DNA of 64,000 nucleotides from Candidatus Limnocylindria bacterium (lineage in GTDB: Bacteria; Chloroflexota; Limnocylindria; QHBO01): the NCBI GenBank assembly GCA_036397815.1, contig DASWIE010000003.1:277-64276 (forward strand), written 5' to 3'. The notes below the pieces were generated by a model. The model searched no databases. It was not told the DNA's origin and worked only from the letters and a program-made list of their open reading frames with translations. A program made the position numbers and the translations under genes. This document shows, piece after piece, positions 1 to 9,280 of the stretch; the stretch's first letter is position 1; every line of letters begins with the position of its first letter.

Positions 1-497
1 TCGACTGGGCATTCACCGTGGCGCGTCGCTACCTGTACGAGCACGCCGACGCGGCACGCCTGGAGTCGCTCGCCCGCTCGACGTACGCGCCGGTCGCCGA
101 GCTGGCGGCCAAGATGCGGCGCGAGGAGACCTATCACCTGCTGCACTTCGACCTCTGGCTGCGCCGCCTCGCGGACGCCGGTGGCGAGGCCCGCGAGCGG
201 CTGGTCAGCTCTCTCGAGCGGCTCTGGCCTGACGCGCAGGCCGTCTTCGCGCCGCTGGCGGGCGAGGTCATCCTGGTGAGCACGGGGATCCTGCCCGACG
301 ACCTCGAGTCCCTCCGCCGCCGATGGCTCGAGCGGGTGGTGCCGGTCCTGGAGAGCCTCGACCTCCCGGTACCGGCCCAGGCCGAGCGCGCCGCGCCGCC
401 GGCGGGCGACGGCAGGACGCGGCGCAGCGACGACTTCGCCTGGCTGCACAGCGAGTTCACGATGGTCGCCCGCTCGGACCAGGGGGCGACGTGGTAG
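1..497 (+). CDS. paaC: phenylacetate-CoA oxygenase subunit PaaC (PaaI), C-terminal part; 5' end lies outside the window
   Basis: ORF 18..497 is open to the window edge. It has ferritin-like helices (EETYHLLHFDLWLRRL) and its stop overlaps the next gene's start (GTGGTAG). Confidence 0.7.
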   Translation, partial: DWAFTVARRYLYEHADAARLESLARSTYAPVAELAAKMRREETYHLLHFDLWLRRLADAGGEARERLVSSLERLWPDAQAVFAPLAGEVILVSTGILPDDLESLRRRWLERVVPVLESLDLPVPAQAERAAPPAGDGRTRRSDDFAWLHSEFTMVARSDQGATW

Positions 498-1024
498 CCC
501 GCGCCCCGGCACGCGACACGCGCGAGGCGGCCGTCTGGTCGGCGCTCGCCGAGATCGCCGATCCGGAGATCCCCGCCATCAGCGTCGTGGAGCTGGGCGT
601 GATCGGCAAGGTGGCCTTCGCGCCAACGCAGGGCGGCGGCGAGCGACTGAGCGTCGAGCTGCTGCCGACCTTCATCGGCTGCCCGGCCATCGACATCATG
701 CGCGAGCAGATAGGGGAGCGGCTGCGGGCCCTGGAGATCGCCGACGAGGTGGCGGTCGAGGTCAGCTTCGGCGAACCCTGGACGTCGGAACGGATCACGC
801 CGGCTGGGCGCGAGAAGCTGCGGGGCAGTGGATTCGCGCCACCGGTCCGCATCGGTCCATCCTTCGGCGAGGACCAGCTGTTGACCATGCTGCCCGTTGC
901 GGAGTGCCCCTACTGCGGCTCGCGCAACACGACGCTGGAGAACCCATTCGGCCCGACCCTGTGCCGCGCCATCTACCACTGCGCCGACTGCCGTCAGCCG
1001 TTCGAGCACTTCAAGTCCGTCTGA
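491..1024 (+). CDS. paaD: phenylacetate-CoA oxygenase subunit PaaD (PaaJ), DUF59-like domain plus C-terminal Cys4 ribbon
   Basis: C-terminal part of ORF 323..1024: EIADPEIPAISVVELGVI ... CPYCGS ... CADCRQPFEHFK. In-frame GTG at 491 overlaps the paaC stop; the upstream extension overlaps paaC and is rejected. Confidence 0.75.
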   Translation: MVARAPARDTREAAVWSALAEIADPEIPAISVVELGVIGKVAFAPTQGGGERLSVELLPTFIGCPAIDIMREQIGERLRALEIADEVAVEVSFGEPWTSERITPAGREKLRGSGFAPPVRIGPSFGEDQLLTMLPVAECPYCGSRNTTLENPFGPTLCRAIYHCADCRQPFEHFKSV

Positions 1025-1051
1025 CGCCGGCCGTGCGCTACTCTTCGCCGC

Positions 1052-2887
1052 ATGGCGATTGACTCAGACGAGGTCCGTACTGAAGCATCCGAGCTCCTCG
1101 ATGCGGGTGCGCACGACCCGCTCGACACGATGCGTCACTCCGCGGCCCACGTCATGGCAGCCGCCGTGCTCTCGCTCTTTCCGGGGGCCAAGCTGGGCAT
1201 CGGTCCCGCCATCCGGGACGGCTTCTACTACGACTTCGACCTCCCTCGGGCGCTGACTCCTGCCGACCTCGAGGCGATCGAGGAGGGCATGCGCGCGCAG
1301 GTGGCCGCCGACCTGCCGTTCGAGCGGACCGAGCTCGACCGCCCCGCCGCGCTCGAGCAGCTGGCGAGCGACGGCCAGGACTACAAGGTCGAGATCGTAC
1401 GCGACCTCCCTGAGGAGGACGCGCGGGTCGTCAGCTTCTACCGGCACGACGGCTTCAGCGACCTGTGCCGGGGACCGCACGTGGCGTCAACCGGCAGGCT
1501 GGGACCCTTCAAGCTGCTCAACTCGGCAGGCGCCTACTGGCGCGGCGACGAGAAGCGACCGATGCTGCAGCGAATCTACGGCACGGTCTGGGAATCCCAG
1601 GAGGACCTGGATCGATACCTGTGGCGCCTGGAAGCGGCGAAGAAGCGCGACCACCGCAAGCTGGGGCGCGACCTGGACCTGTTCAGCTTCCATCCCGAGT
1701 CACCGGCTGCGCCGTTCTGGCATCCGCGTGGCATGGCGCTGTGGCGGGCGCTCGAGGACTGGTCGCGCGAGGTCCGCCGCGACGGCGGGTTCTCTGAGGT
1801 GCGTACTCCGATCGTGGTGCGCAAGGAGCTGTGGGAGACATCGGGCCATTGGGAGCTGTACCAGGACAACATGTTCGTTCTGGACGACTACGATCACGTC
1901 TCGGGCCTGAAGCCGATGAACTGCCCGGAGGAGATGGTCATCTATAAGACCACCTCCCGCTCCTATCGCGACCTGCCCATGCGCTTCTCCGACTACTCGA
2001 ACCTGATGCGTCGCGAGCGAACCGGGGCGCTGGCCGGCATGTTCCGCGTCCGGCAGCTGACCCAAGACGACAGCCACGTCTTCTGCCGCGAGGACCAGGT
2101 GGTCGACGAGGTGAACCTGGCCCTGTCGCTCGTTCAGAAGCAGTACGCCCCGTTCGGGCTGAAGCCGACCTTCAAGCTGGCCACGCGGCCGGAGAAGCGG
2201 CTCGGCTCCGACGAGTTCTGGGAGATGGCCGAAGGGAAGCTGCGGGAGTCGCTCGAGGCGGGCGAGATTCCCTACACGGTGGATCCTGGCGGCGCGACCT
2301 TCTACGCACCCAAGATTGACGTCTACGTCGAGGACGCGCTGGGCCGCGAGTGGCAGATGCCGACGATTCAGCTCGACTACCAGCTCCCGCAGCGCTTCGA
2401 CCTGGAGTACCGCGCGGCCGATGGTGGCTTCGAGCGGCCGGTGGTGATCCACTACGCCATCTACGGCAGCTTCGAGCGCTTCATCGGGGTCATCACCGAG
2501 CACTACGCGGGAGCGTTTCCCGCCTGGCTGGCGCCGGTGCAGGCGATGGTGATCCCGATCGCCGACCGGCACGTCGAGTACGCCGCGCGGGTGCGCGACG
2601 AGCTGATCGCGGCCGACCTGCGCGCCGAGGTAGACGACCGCTCGGAGCGGATGCAGGCCAAGCTGCGGGACGCCCAGGAGCAGAAGATCCCCGTCATGCT
2701 GGTGGTGGGGGATCGGGACGTCGAGGCTGATGCTGTCAGCCCGCGGCTGCGGACCGGCGAGTCGATGCAGGGCGTGCCGCTGGGCGAGTTCGTGGCCGAC
2801 CTGCGACGCCGGGTCGCGGCGCGCGAGCTCTGGCCCTACGCCGAGGATGGGGACAGCGGCGATAGCGCCGGCGTTGCCGCCACCTAG
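1052..2887 (+). CDS. thrS: threonine--tRNA ligase, lacking an N-terminal TGS domain
   Basis: 611 aa. Editing-domain HxxxH (RHSAAHVMA) sits near residue 28, followed by class II core motifs and an anticodon-binding tail. The stop TAG lies inside repeat copy c1. Confidence 0.95.
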   Translation: MAIDSDEVRTEASELLDAGAHDPLDTMRHSAAHVMAAAVLSLFPGAKLGIGPAIRDGFYYDFDLPRALTPADLEAIEEGMRAQVAADLPFERTELDRPAALEQLASDGQDYKVEIVRDLPEEDARVVSFYRHDGFSDLCRGPHVASTGRLGPFKLLNSAGAYWRGDEKRPMLQRIYGTVWESQEDLDRYLWRLEAAKKRDHRKLGRDLDLFSFHPESPAAPFWHPRGMALWRALEDWSREVRRDGGFSEVRTPIVVRKELWETSGHWELYQDNMFVLDDYDHVSGLKPMNCPEEMVIYKTTSRSYRDLPMRFSDYSNLMRRERTGALAGMFRVRQLTQDDSHVFCREDQVVDEVNLALSLVQKQYAPFGLKPTFKLATRPEKRLGSDEFWEMAEGKLRESLEAGEIPYTVDPGGATFYAPKIDVYVEDALGREWQMPTIQLDYQLPQRFDLEYRAADGGFERPVVIHYAIYGSFERFIGVITEHYAGAFPAWLAPVQAMVIPIADRHVEYAARVRDELIAADLRAEVDDRSERMQAKLRDAQEQKIPVMLVVGDRDVEADAVSPRLRTGESMQGVPLGEFVADLRRRVAARELWPYAEDGDSGDSAGVAAT

Positions 2888-3028
2888 CAATGTGGTTACT
2901 GCTAAGCGGCTATTTCGGGCGGGTAGTCACACTTCTACGGCCTACTCACGCTCAACAAATACTCATGCGAGACGCCGCGCGCCCGGTTGTGTCGCTTACA
3001 ACCAACGTGGTTACTGAGAGACGGGAAC
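2873..3028 (+). repeat. palindromic MITE-like repeat, canonical copy c1
   Basis: Left arm GTTGCCGCCACCTAGCAATGTGGTTACTGCTAAGCG. Right arm CGCTTACAACCAACGTGGTTACTGAGAGACGGGAAC. Same architecture as c2-c4. Confidence 0.85.
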
Positions 3029-3053
3029 TGGGCCGAAAACGGGGCTGGCGCAC

Positions 3054-3419
3054 GTGAGAAAGATGCGTGGCGTTGGGCAGCTGGCCCTGGCGTCGACCGA
3101 TCCGGGTCGCGTCGCCGAATTTTACGAGGCGGCATTCGGATTCCGCCGCCGCGCCGGCGACGAGACCGGCGTCGACCTGGAGCTGGGCGGCTTCGAGCTC
3201 AGCTTCCGCCGCGGCGAGCGTGCCACGCGCGAGGGCATGCAGATTGGCTTCCGGGTCGACACCGCCTCCGAGGTCGACGCCTGGGCCCAGGAGCTGGGCC
3301 AGCGCGGGTTCGCGCTGGTCGGGCCACCATCGGGCGACCGATGGGAGGGAACCCGCTCCTTCCGGGTGGCGGACCCCGATGGACGCCAGGTGGCGGTCTT
3401 CTACGACTATCCGAATTGA
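3054..3419 (+). CDS. VOC (glyoxalase/bleomycin-resistance/dioxygenase) family protein
   Basis: 121 aa with VOC-like beta-alpha-beta pattern (LALASTDPGRVAEFYEAAFGF ... FRVADPDGRQVAVF). Start is GTG 3054 or ATG 3063. Confidence 0.7.
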   Translation: MRKMRGVGQLALASTDPGRVAEFYEAAFGFRRRAGDETGVDLELGGFELSFRRGERATREGMQIGFRVDTASEVDAWAQELGQRGFALVGPPSGDRWEGTRSFRVADPDGRQVAVFYDYPN

Positions 3420-3431
3420 CGATGTAGACCG

Positions 3432-6400
3432 ATGACCGTCGCCGAGCGCGCCTGTCCCAGCTGCGGATCCGGCAACCCCGAGCGGTCTCGGTTCTGCTGG
3501 TCTTGTGGCACGGGGTTGGCGGTCGAAGGCACCGCTCCAGCCGAGACGCGGAAGACGGTGACCATCTTGTTCTGCGATGCCACCTCGTCCACCGCATTGG
3601 GGGAGAAGCTCGACCCCGAATCGCTGCGGAACCTGATGACGCGCTACTTCGATGTGATGCGCGCGGTGATCCAATTCCACGGCGGCGTGATCGAGAAGTT
3701 CATCGGCGACGCGGTCATGGCCGTATTCGGAGTTCCAACCCTTCACGAGGACGACGCACTGCGCGCCTGCCGGGCAGCGGTCGAGATCCGCGAGCGGCTG
3801 GCCAGTCTCGACGCCGAGATCCGCGCCGACCAGGGCGCCACCATCGAGTGGCGGATGGGGGTCAACACCGGCGAGGTCGTGGCCGGAGACGCCAGCGTCG
3901 GCCAGCGGATCGTGACCGGCGACGCGGTCAACGTCGCGGCGCGCCTGGAGGCAGCGGCGACGCCTGGCGAGATCCTGCTCGGCCCGGACACGCATGCGCT
4001 GGTCCGCGCGGCAGTCACCGCCGAGGCGCTCGAGCCGCTGCCGCTCAAGGGCAAGGCCGAGCCAGTGCCCGCCTGGCGGCTGATGGAGGTGCTCGACACC
4101 ACCTATCGACACGTCCGTCCGCTGGAGGCGCCGCTGGTCGGACGGCGCCGGCCGCTGCGCCTGCTCGACGAGGCCTTCCGCGAGTCTGTCGAGGAGCGGA
4201 TCTGCCACCTGTTCACCATCCTCGGCGTGGCGGGGGTGGGGAAGTCGCGGCTGGTCGACGAGTTCACCGCGTCGCTGGGGGATCAGGCCCGGCTGGCCAC
4301 CGGTCGCTGCCTGGCCTATGGCCACGGCATCACCTACTGGCCGGTGGCCGAGGCCATCCGCCATGGAGCCGGCATCGCCGAGGGTGACCCGCCGGAGACG
4401 GCGATCGCCCGGCTGCGCGAGGTGCTTGGCGCGGAGCCGGAGGCCGAACGGATCGCGGCAATTGTGGGCGGTCTGCTGGGCATCGAGGACAGCCCGCCGG
4501 CGCCGGACGAGATCTTCTGGGCCATCCGCAAGACGTTCGAGGCGCTGGCCCGCAGCCAACCGCTGGTCCTGGTCTTCGATGACGTGCACTGGGGCGAGCC
4601 CACCTTCCTGGACCTGGTCGAGCACATCGCCGACTGGACGCGCGACGCGCCGATCCTGCTGATCGTGATGGCCCGCGCCGAGCTCCTGGAGAAGCGGCCG
4701 GCGTGGGGCGGCGGCAAGCGGTGGGCAACCACCATGTCGCTCGAGCCCCTGTCGGAGGTGGAGAGTGAGGAGCTGGTCGCCAGCCTGCTGGGACGCACCG
4801 AGCTGCCGCCCGAGATGCGAGGCCAGATCAGTCGGGCAGCGGAGGGAAATCCGCTGTTCGTCGAGGAGCTGCTCGGCAAGCTGATCGACGACGGCTTCCT
4901 GGTGACGGCCGGTGACGGATGGTCCGCCCTGGGTGACATGCATCAGCTGGTCATCCCGCCCACGATCCAGGCCCTCCTGGCGGCCCGCCTGGATGGGCTC
5001 AACGGCGAGGAGCGGTCGGTCATCGAGCGCGCCGCCGTGGAGGGCAAGGTCTTCCATCGCGGGGCCGTGACGGAGCTGGCGCCGGAGCCGATGCGCGGGC
5101 AGGTTCGCGAGCGGCTGGCGAGCCTGATGCGCATGGAGCTCGTCCGTCCCGACCAGGCGTCGTTCGCAGGCGAGGAGGCGTATCGGTTCCGGCATCTGTT
5201 GATCCGTGATGCCGCGTATCAAGCCCTCGCCAAGCAGACTCGCTCAGAGCTGCATGAGCGGTTCGCCGCCTGGCTCGAGCGCGTCGCCGCCGATCGCCTG
5301 TCCGAGTACGAGGAGATCGTGGCCTACCACCTGGAACAGGCCTATCGCTACCGGATCGAACTCGGCCCGGCCGACGCCCGCGCGCAGGAGCTGGCGCGTC
5401 GAGCCGGGAGCCTGCTGGCCGACGCCGGTGAGCGGGCCGACGCGCGCGCGGATGTTGCCGCAACCATCGACCTGCTGGGCCGAGCCGTCGAGCTGTTGCC
5501 GGAGGACGTGCCACGACGACGCCGGCTGCTCGTCACGCTCGGCTTCCGGTATTACGACGGCGGCGATGCGCCGCGCGCTGAGGAGATCCTGACCAGTGCG
5601 ATCGCGGAGGCAGACCGCGCCGGTGACGAAGGCGCGAGCGCGCTGGCCGCGCTTGTCCTGGCCGCGGTGCGGATGTCGACACGTTCTCCCGAGATGTCGG
5701 AATCGTTGCGAGAGGTGGAACGACTTACCGCGACCCTGGAACGCGTGGGCGATGAGGCCGGGGCACGCCTGGGACAGGCCTGGGCCGCGTTCGTGCTGTT
5801 CGGAATGGGTCGTGCGGGCGAAGCGAGGTCACGGGCCGAGGCCCTCGTCGAGCTGGGCGAAGGGGACGAGTTCTGGCGCTCGGAGGCTCGGATGGCCAGG
5901 GGCGCGGCAATGGTCTTCGGTCCCACGCCGATCGACGAGGCCATTCGCGAAATTCAGGCAGCCTTGGACCGCGCCGCAGCGCGCGGGCCGTCACTCGGAG
6001 CCTATATGGGCCTCGCGCGGCTGCAGGCTCTCCAGGGTCGCCTCGCTGAGGCGCGCGAGCTGCTCGCGCGCGCGCAGGCGGCATCCGAGGAGCTCGGCAA
6101 CCGACAAATGCTGGCGTCGATCGCCGAGGTCGCGGGACGACTCGAACACCAGGCGGGCGACCTTACCGAGGGCGCCAGACTCCTGCGTGAGTCATATGAA
6201 GCGATGACCGCGCTCGGGGACCGGTCGTTCGCGTCGACGATTGCTGTGGGGCTGGGTGAGGTTCTCCTCGACCTCGGCGACGATGCCGAGGCGATGCGGT
6301 TTGGGACCATCGCGCGGGACACCTCTTCGACCGACGACGTGGCCTCCCAGGCCGGCGGGCGATCGGTGCAGGCGCGGGTCCTGTCTCGGCGTGGTGGGCA

Positions 6401-6638
6401 CGACGCCGCGGAGGCGTTGGCCCAGGAGGCGGTCGCGATCAGGGCCAAGACGGACTATCTCGATCAGCACGGCGGAGCCCTGGTCCACCTTGCGCATGTG
6501 CTCCGCGATTCCGGCAAGGCGGACGAAGCGTTGGCTGCAGCTCGCCAGGCACTGGCCCTTTACGAGCAGAAGGGAGCGACCTACTACGTCGACAAAACCC
6601 AGGGCCTGATCGACGACTGGACGGCCGATGCTCGTTGA
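3432..6638 (+). CDS. zinc-ribbon / class III adenylate-guanylate cyclase / AAA(STAND) NTPase / TPR multidomain signalling protein
   Basis: 1068 aa. CPSCGSGNPERSRFCWSCG ribbon; cyclase core (TILFCD...FIGDAVMAVFG...GVNTGEVV...GDAVNVAARLE); Walker A GVAGVGKSRL; long helical repeat C-terminus. Confidence 0.85.
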   Translation: MTVAERACPSCGSGNPERSRFCWSCGTGLAVEGTAPAETRKTVTILFCDATSSTALGEKLDPESLRNLMTRYFDVMRAVIQFHGGVIEKFIGDAVMAVFGVPTLHEDDALRACRAAVEIRERLASLDAEIRADQGATIEWRMGVNTGEVVAGDASVGQRIVTGDAVNVAARLEAAATPGEILLGPDTHALVRAAVTAEALEPLPLKGKAEPVPAWRLMEVLDTTYRHVRPLEAPLVGRRRPLRLLDEAFRESVEERICHLFTILGVAGVGKSRLVDEFTASLGDQARLATGRCLAYGHGITYWPVAEAIRHGAGIAEGDPPETAIARLREVLGAEPEAERIAAIVGGLLGIEDSPPAPDEIFWAIRKTFEALARSQPLVLVFDDVHWGEPTFLDLVEHIADWTRDAPILLIVMARAELLEKRPAWGGGKRWATTMSLEPLSEVESEELVASLLGRTELPPEMRGQISRAAEGNPLFVEELLGKLIDDGFLVTAGDGWSALGDMHQLVIPPTIQALLAARLDGLNGEERSVIERAAVEGKVFHRGAVTELAPEPMRGQVRERLASLMRMELVRPDQASFAGEEAYRFRHLLIRDAAYQALAKQTRSELHERFAAWLERVAADRLSEYEEIVAYHLEQAYRYRIELGPADARAQELARRAGSLLADAGERADARADVAATIDLLGRAVELLPEDVPRRRRLLVTLGFRYYDGGDAPRAEEILTSAIAEADRAGDEGASALAALVLAAVRMSTRSPEMSESLREVERLTATLERVGDEAGARLGQAWAAFVLFGMGRAGEARSRAEALVELGEGDEFWRSEARMARGAAMVFGPTPIDEAIREIQAALDRAAARGPSLGAYMGLARLQALQGRLAEARELLARAQAASEELGNRQMLASIAEVAGRLEHQAGDLTEGARLLRESYEAMTALGDRSFASTIAVGLGEVLLDLGDDAEAMRFGTIARDTSSTDDVASQAGGRSVQARVLSRRGGHDAAEALAQEAVAIRAKTDYLDQHGGALVHLAHVLRDSGKADEALAAARQALALYEQKGATYYVDKTQGLIDDWTADAR

Positions 6639-6688
6639 CCGGATGTTCGAAATCGGTGTAAGATCCGCGGGCGTTTTCGCGTGATGTG

Positions 6689-6716
6689 GGCCACCTGCCC
6701 GACTCGGCCGGTGGCC
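6689..6716 (+). terminator. GC-rich hairpin between the cyclase gene and infC (terminator or infC-leader structure)
   Basis: GGCCACC-N14-GGTGGCC followed by TGTCTGTTG. No clean U-tract. Confidence 0.35.
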
Positions 6717-6741
6717 TGTCTGTTGAAGGAGCGACGACACC

Positions 6742-7428
6742 ATAAGTAGGGACCTGAGAATCAACGAGATGATCCGCGTTCGTGAAGTGCGGGTCATCGA
6801 CGATGAGGGGCAGCAGCTGGGCGTCTTGCCGACGTCTGAGGCGCTCGCCCTGGCCCAGGAGAAGGGGCTCGACCTCGTGGAGGTCGCGCCGACGGCGGTC
6901 CCACCGGTGTGTCGAATCCTCGACTTCGGCCAGTACAAATACGAGCTGCAGAAGCGCGAGCGCGAGGCAAAGCGAAAGCAGAAGTCGCAGACCTTCAAGG
7001 AGATTCGGCTCCGGGTCAAGATCGACGTCAACGACCTGCGGACGAAGCTGCGACGGGCCGGGGAGTTCCTGGACGAGGGTGACCGGGTCAAGGTCACGGT
7101 CCAGTTCCGAGGCCGGGAGATGAGCCACGCCAACCTTGGCCGCGACCTCCTCGACCGGGCGGCCGGGCTGCTGACCGAGCACGGCATCGTGGAGCGACAG
7201 CCGCTCCTCGAGGGCCGGAACATGTACATCGTCATGGCGCCGCTCGAGAAGCGGATCGAGAAGAAGACCGGCAACGGCGAGGTGGCCGCGGCCGGGCCGC
7301 AGGGGACCGGCGAGGCGCCGGCCGGCGGACAGACAATCGGCGACGCGCTCACCGCCAAGGGGATGGCTCCGACAGCGACGGTCGAGCCCGAAGCGGCGGA
7401 TGAGACGAAGTCGGCGGAGCAGGGATAA
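6742..7428 (+). CDS. infC: translation initiation factor IF-3, probable non-canonical ATA start
   Basis: ORF 6769..7428 is clearly IF-3 (VRVIDDEGQQLGV...PPVCRILDFGQYKYE...). The in-frame extension ISRDLRINE restores the conserved RINE motif. SD GAAGGAG lies at 6725-6731, 10 nt before ATA 6742. Confidence 0.9.
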   Translation: MSRDLRINEMIRVREVRVIDDEGQQLGVLPTSEALALAQEKGLDLVEVAPTAVPPVCRILDFGQYKYELQKREREAKRKQKSQTFKEIRLRVKIDVNDLRTKLRRAGEFLDEGDRVKVTVQFRGREMSHANLGRDLLDRAAGLLTEHGIVERQPLLEGRNMYIVMAPLEKRIEKKTGNGEVAAAGPQGTGEAPAGGQTIGDALTAKGMAPTATVEPEAADETKSAEQG

Positions 7429-7433
7429 GACCA

Positions 7434-7631
7434 GTGCCGAAGATCAAGACACACAAGGGAACCGCCAAGCGGTTCAAGAAGACCGGATCCGGGAAGTGGG
7501 TCCGGCCGAAGGCGTGGCGCGGCCACCACCTGGAGATCAAGTCGAGCCGCCGCACGCGCCGCTACGCCGGCAAGGCGGTCGTCTCGCCCACCCACGCGAA
7601 GCAGCTCGAGCGGCTGCTGCCGCACGCCTAG
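7434..7631 (+). CDS. rpmI: 50S ribosomal protein L35
   Basis: 65 aa, MPKIKTHKGTAKRFKKTGSGK...; sits between infC and rplT. Confidence 0.95.
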   Translation: MPKIKTHKGTAKRFKKTGSGKWVRPKAWRGHHLEIKSSRRTRRYAGKAVVSPTHAKQLERLLPHA

Positions 7632-7640
7632 GCTGGACCG

Positions 7641-8000
7641 ATGCCTCGAGTCAAGCGCGGCGTCGCCGCGCACAAGCGTCACAAGCGGCTGCTCGCCCAG
7701 GCCCACGGCCGGCGCGGCACGCGCTCAACGCTGATCCGTCCGGCGCGAGAGGCGCTCTTCCACGCGCTGGTCTACGCCTACCGCGACCGCAAGGCCCGCA
7801 AGCGCGACATGCGCCGCCTCTGGATCGAGCGCATCAACGCCGCCTCGCGACAGCACGGCCTGCCATATGGCCGCTTCATCGCCGGCCTGAAGTCCGCCGG
7901 CGTGGAGGTCGACCGCAAGGTGCTGGCCGACCTGGCCGTGCGTGAGCCGGCAGCCTTCGGCAAGATGGTCGAGACCGCCAAGGCCTCCTTTACCACCTAG
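7641..8000 (+). CDS. rplT: 50S ribosomal protein L20
   Basis: 119 aa, [18 protein letters not shown]...[18 protein letters not shown]. Confidence 0.95.
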   Translation: MPRVKRGVAAHKRHKRLLAQAHGRRGTRSTLIRPAREALFHALVYAYRDRKARKRDMRRLWIERINAASRQHGLPYGRFIAGLKSAGVEVDRKVLADLAVREPAAFGKMVETAKASFTT

Positions 8001-8022
8001 CCGGCGTCCTCGAGACGCCGGC
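8000..8022 (+). terminator. hairpin directly after the rplT stop
   Basis: GCCGGCGTC-CTCGA-GACGCCGGC, a perfect 9-bp stem. No U-tract. Confidence 0.4.
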
Positions 8023-8202
8023 GCCCATCGGCCCTGCTCCAAATCGGAGCGGGGTCGTTTGTTTTCCCCGATCATCTGAGGGACCGATGCGATCAAGACC
8101 GCGTACCAGCGCCAACGCCACCGCAGCCAGGGGTCTCTGTGCTGCTGTGCGAGTGTGCGGCCGTGCCGCACAACCGGCCTCTGGTAATGCGAGGGCCGCG
8201 TC

Positions 8203-9276
8203 GTGAGCGACCTCTCGGGGCGGCTGGAGCATCTGCGCGAGGAGGCGCAGGCCGCGCTGGCCAAGGCCAGCGACGCCGAAGCCGTCGAGGCGCTGCGCAT
8301 CGGTCTACTCGGACGATCGGGCGAGCTGACAACGCTGCTGCGAAGCCTGAAGGAGGTCGAGCCGGCGGATCGCGCTGCGGTGGGCAAGCTGGCGAACGCC
8401 GTCCGCGACGAGGTCGAGGGGGCGATCCGCGATCGCCTGCAGGCGCTGCAGGGAGGCGCACTGGAGGCGCGGCTGGCGGTCGAGACGATCGACATGAGCG
8501 CCCCGGGACGGCCCGTGCGCCTGGGCCACCTGCACCCGACAATGACCGTCGAGCGCGACCTGCGTGAGATCTTCCACGCCTTCGGCTTCGAGGTATTCGA
8601 GGGGCCCGAGATCGAGACTGAGGCGATGAACTTCGAGGCGCTCAACATCCCGCCCGACCACCCGGCGCGCGACCTGTGGGACACGCTCTACGTGGCCGAG
8701 CCCGGCAGCGATCCGCCGCGGGCCAGCGAGGACGGCACCATCCTGCGCACGCACACCAGCCCGGTGCAGATCCGCGCCATGCTCGCGCTGCCGCTCCCGA
8801 TTCGGGTCATCACCCCCGGTCGCTGCTTCCGCTACGAGGCGGTGGACGCAAGCCACAACTTCGAGTTCTTCCAGGTCGAAGGCCTGGTCGTCGACCGCGA
8901 AACCTCGCTCGCCGACCTGAAGGGGATGCTGGAGGAGTTCGCCCGCGCCCTCTACGGCCGGGAGACGCGCACCCGCTTCCGGCCGGGCTACTACCCATTC
9001 ACGGAGCCATCGGTCGCCTTCGACATCGGTTGCCTGGTCTGCGGGGGAGATGGGTGCCCCGCCTGCGGCCGGACCGGCTGGATGACGATCCTGGGCGCCG
9101 GCATGGTACATCCACTTGTCCTGCGGGCCGGCGGGATCGACCCGGACGAGTTCCAGGGCTACGCCTTCGGAATGGGGCTCGACCGCATCACGCTCCTGCG
9201 TCACGGCATTCCCGACCTGCGGCTGCTGATGAGCGCCGACCTGCGCTTCCACGAGCAGTTCCCGGGAGGCCGGTAG
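8203..9276 (+). CDS. pheS: phenylalanine--tRNA ligase alpha subunit
   Basis: 357 aa with HPARDLWDTLY, RTHTSPVQIR and class II motifs. GTG start. Confidence 0.95.
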   Translation: MSDLSGRLEHLREEAQAALAKASDAEAVEALRIGLLGRSGELTTLLRSLKEVEPADRAAVGKLANAVRDEVEGAIRDRLQALQGGALEARLAVETIDMSAPGRPVRLGHLHPTMTVERDLREIFHAFGFEVFEGPEIETEAMNFEALNIPPDHPARDLWDTLYVAEPGSDPPRASEDGTILRTHTSPVQIRAMLALPLPIRVITPGRCFRYEAVDASHNFEFFQVEGLVVDRETSLADLKGMLEEFARALYGRETRTRFRPGYYPFTEPSVAFDIGCLVCGGDGCPACGRTGWMTILGAGMVHPLVLRAGGIDPDEFQGYAFGMGLDRITLLRHGIPDLRLLMSADLRFHEQFPGGR

Positions 9277-9280
9277 ACCG

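Noticed and set aside
8001-8202. T-box leaders upstream of pheS, and also of thrS and tyrS.
   Set aside because: No T-box sequence (GGGUGGUACCGCG-like), specifier loop or antiterminator could be found. The thrS and tyrS leaders (27 and 75 nt) are too short.
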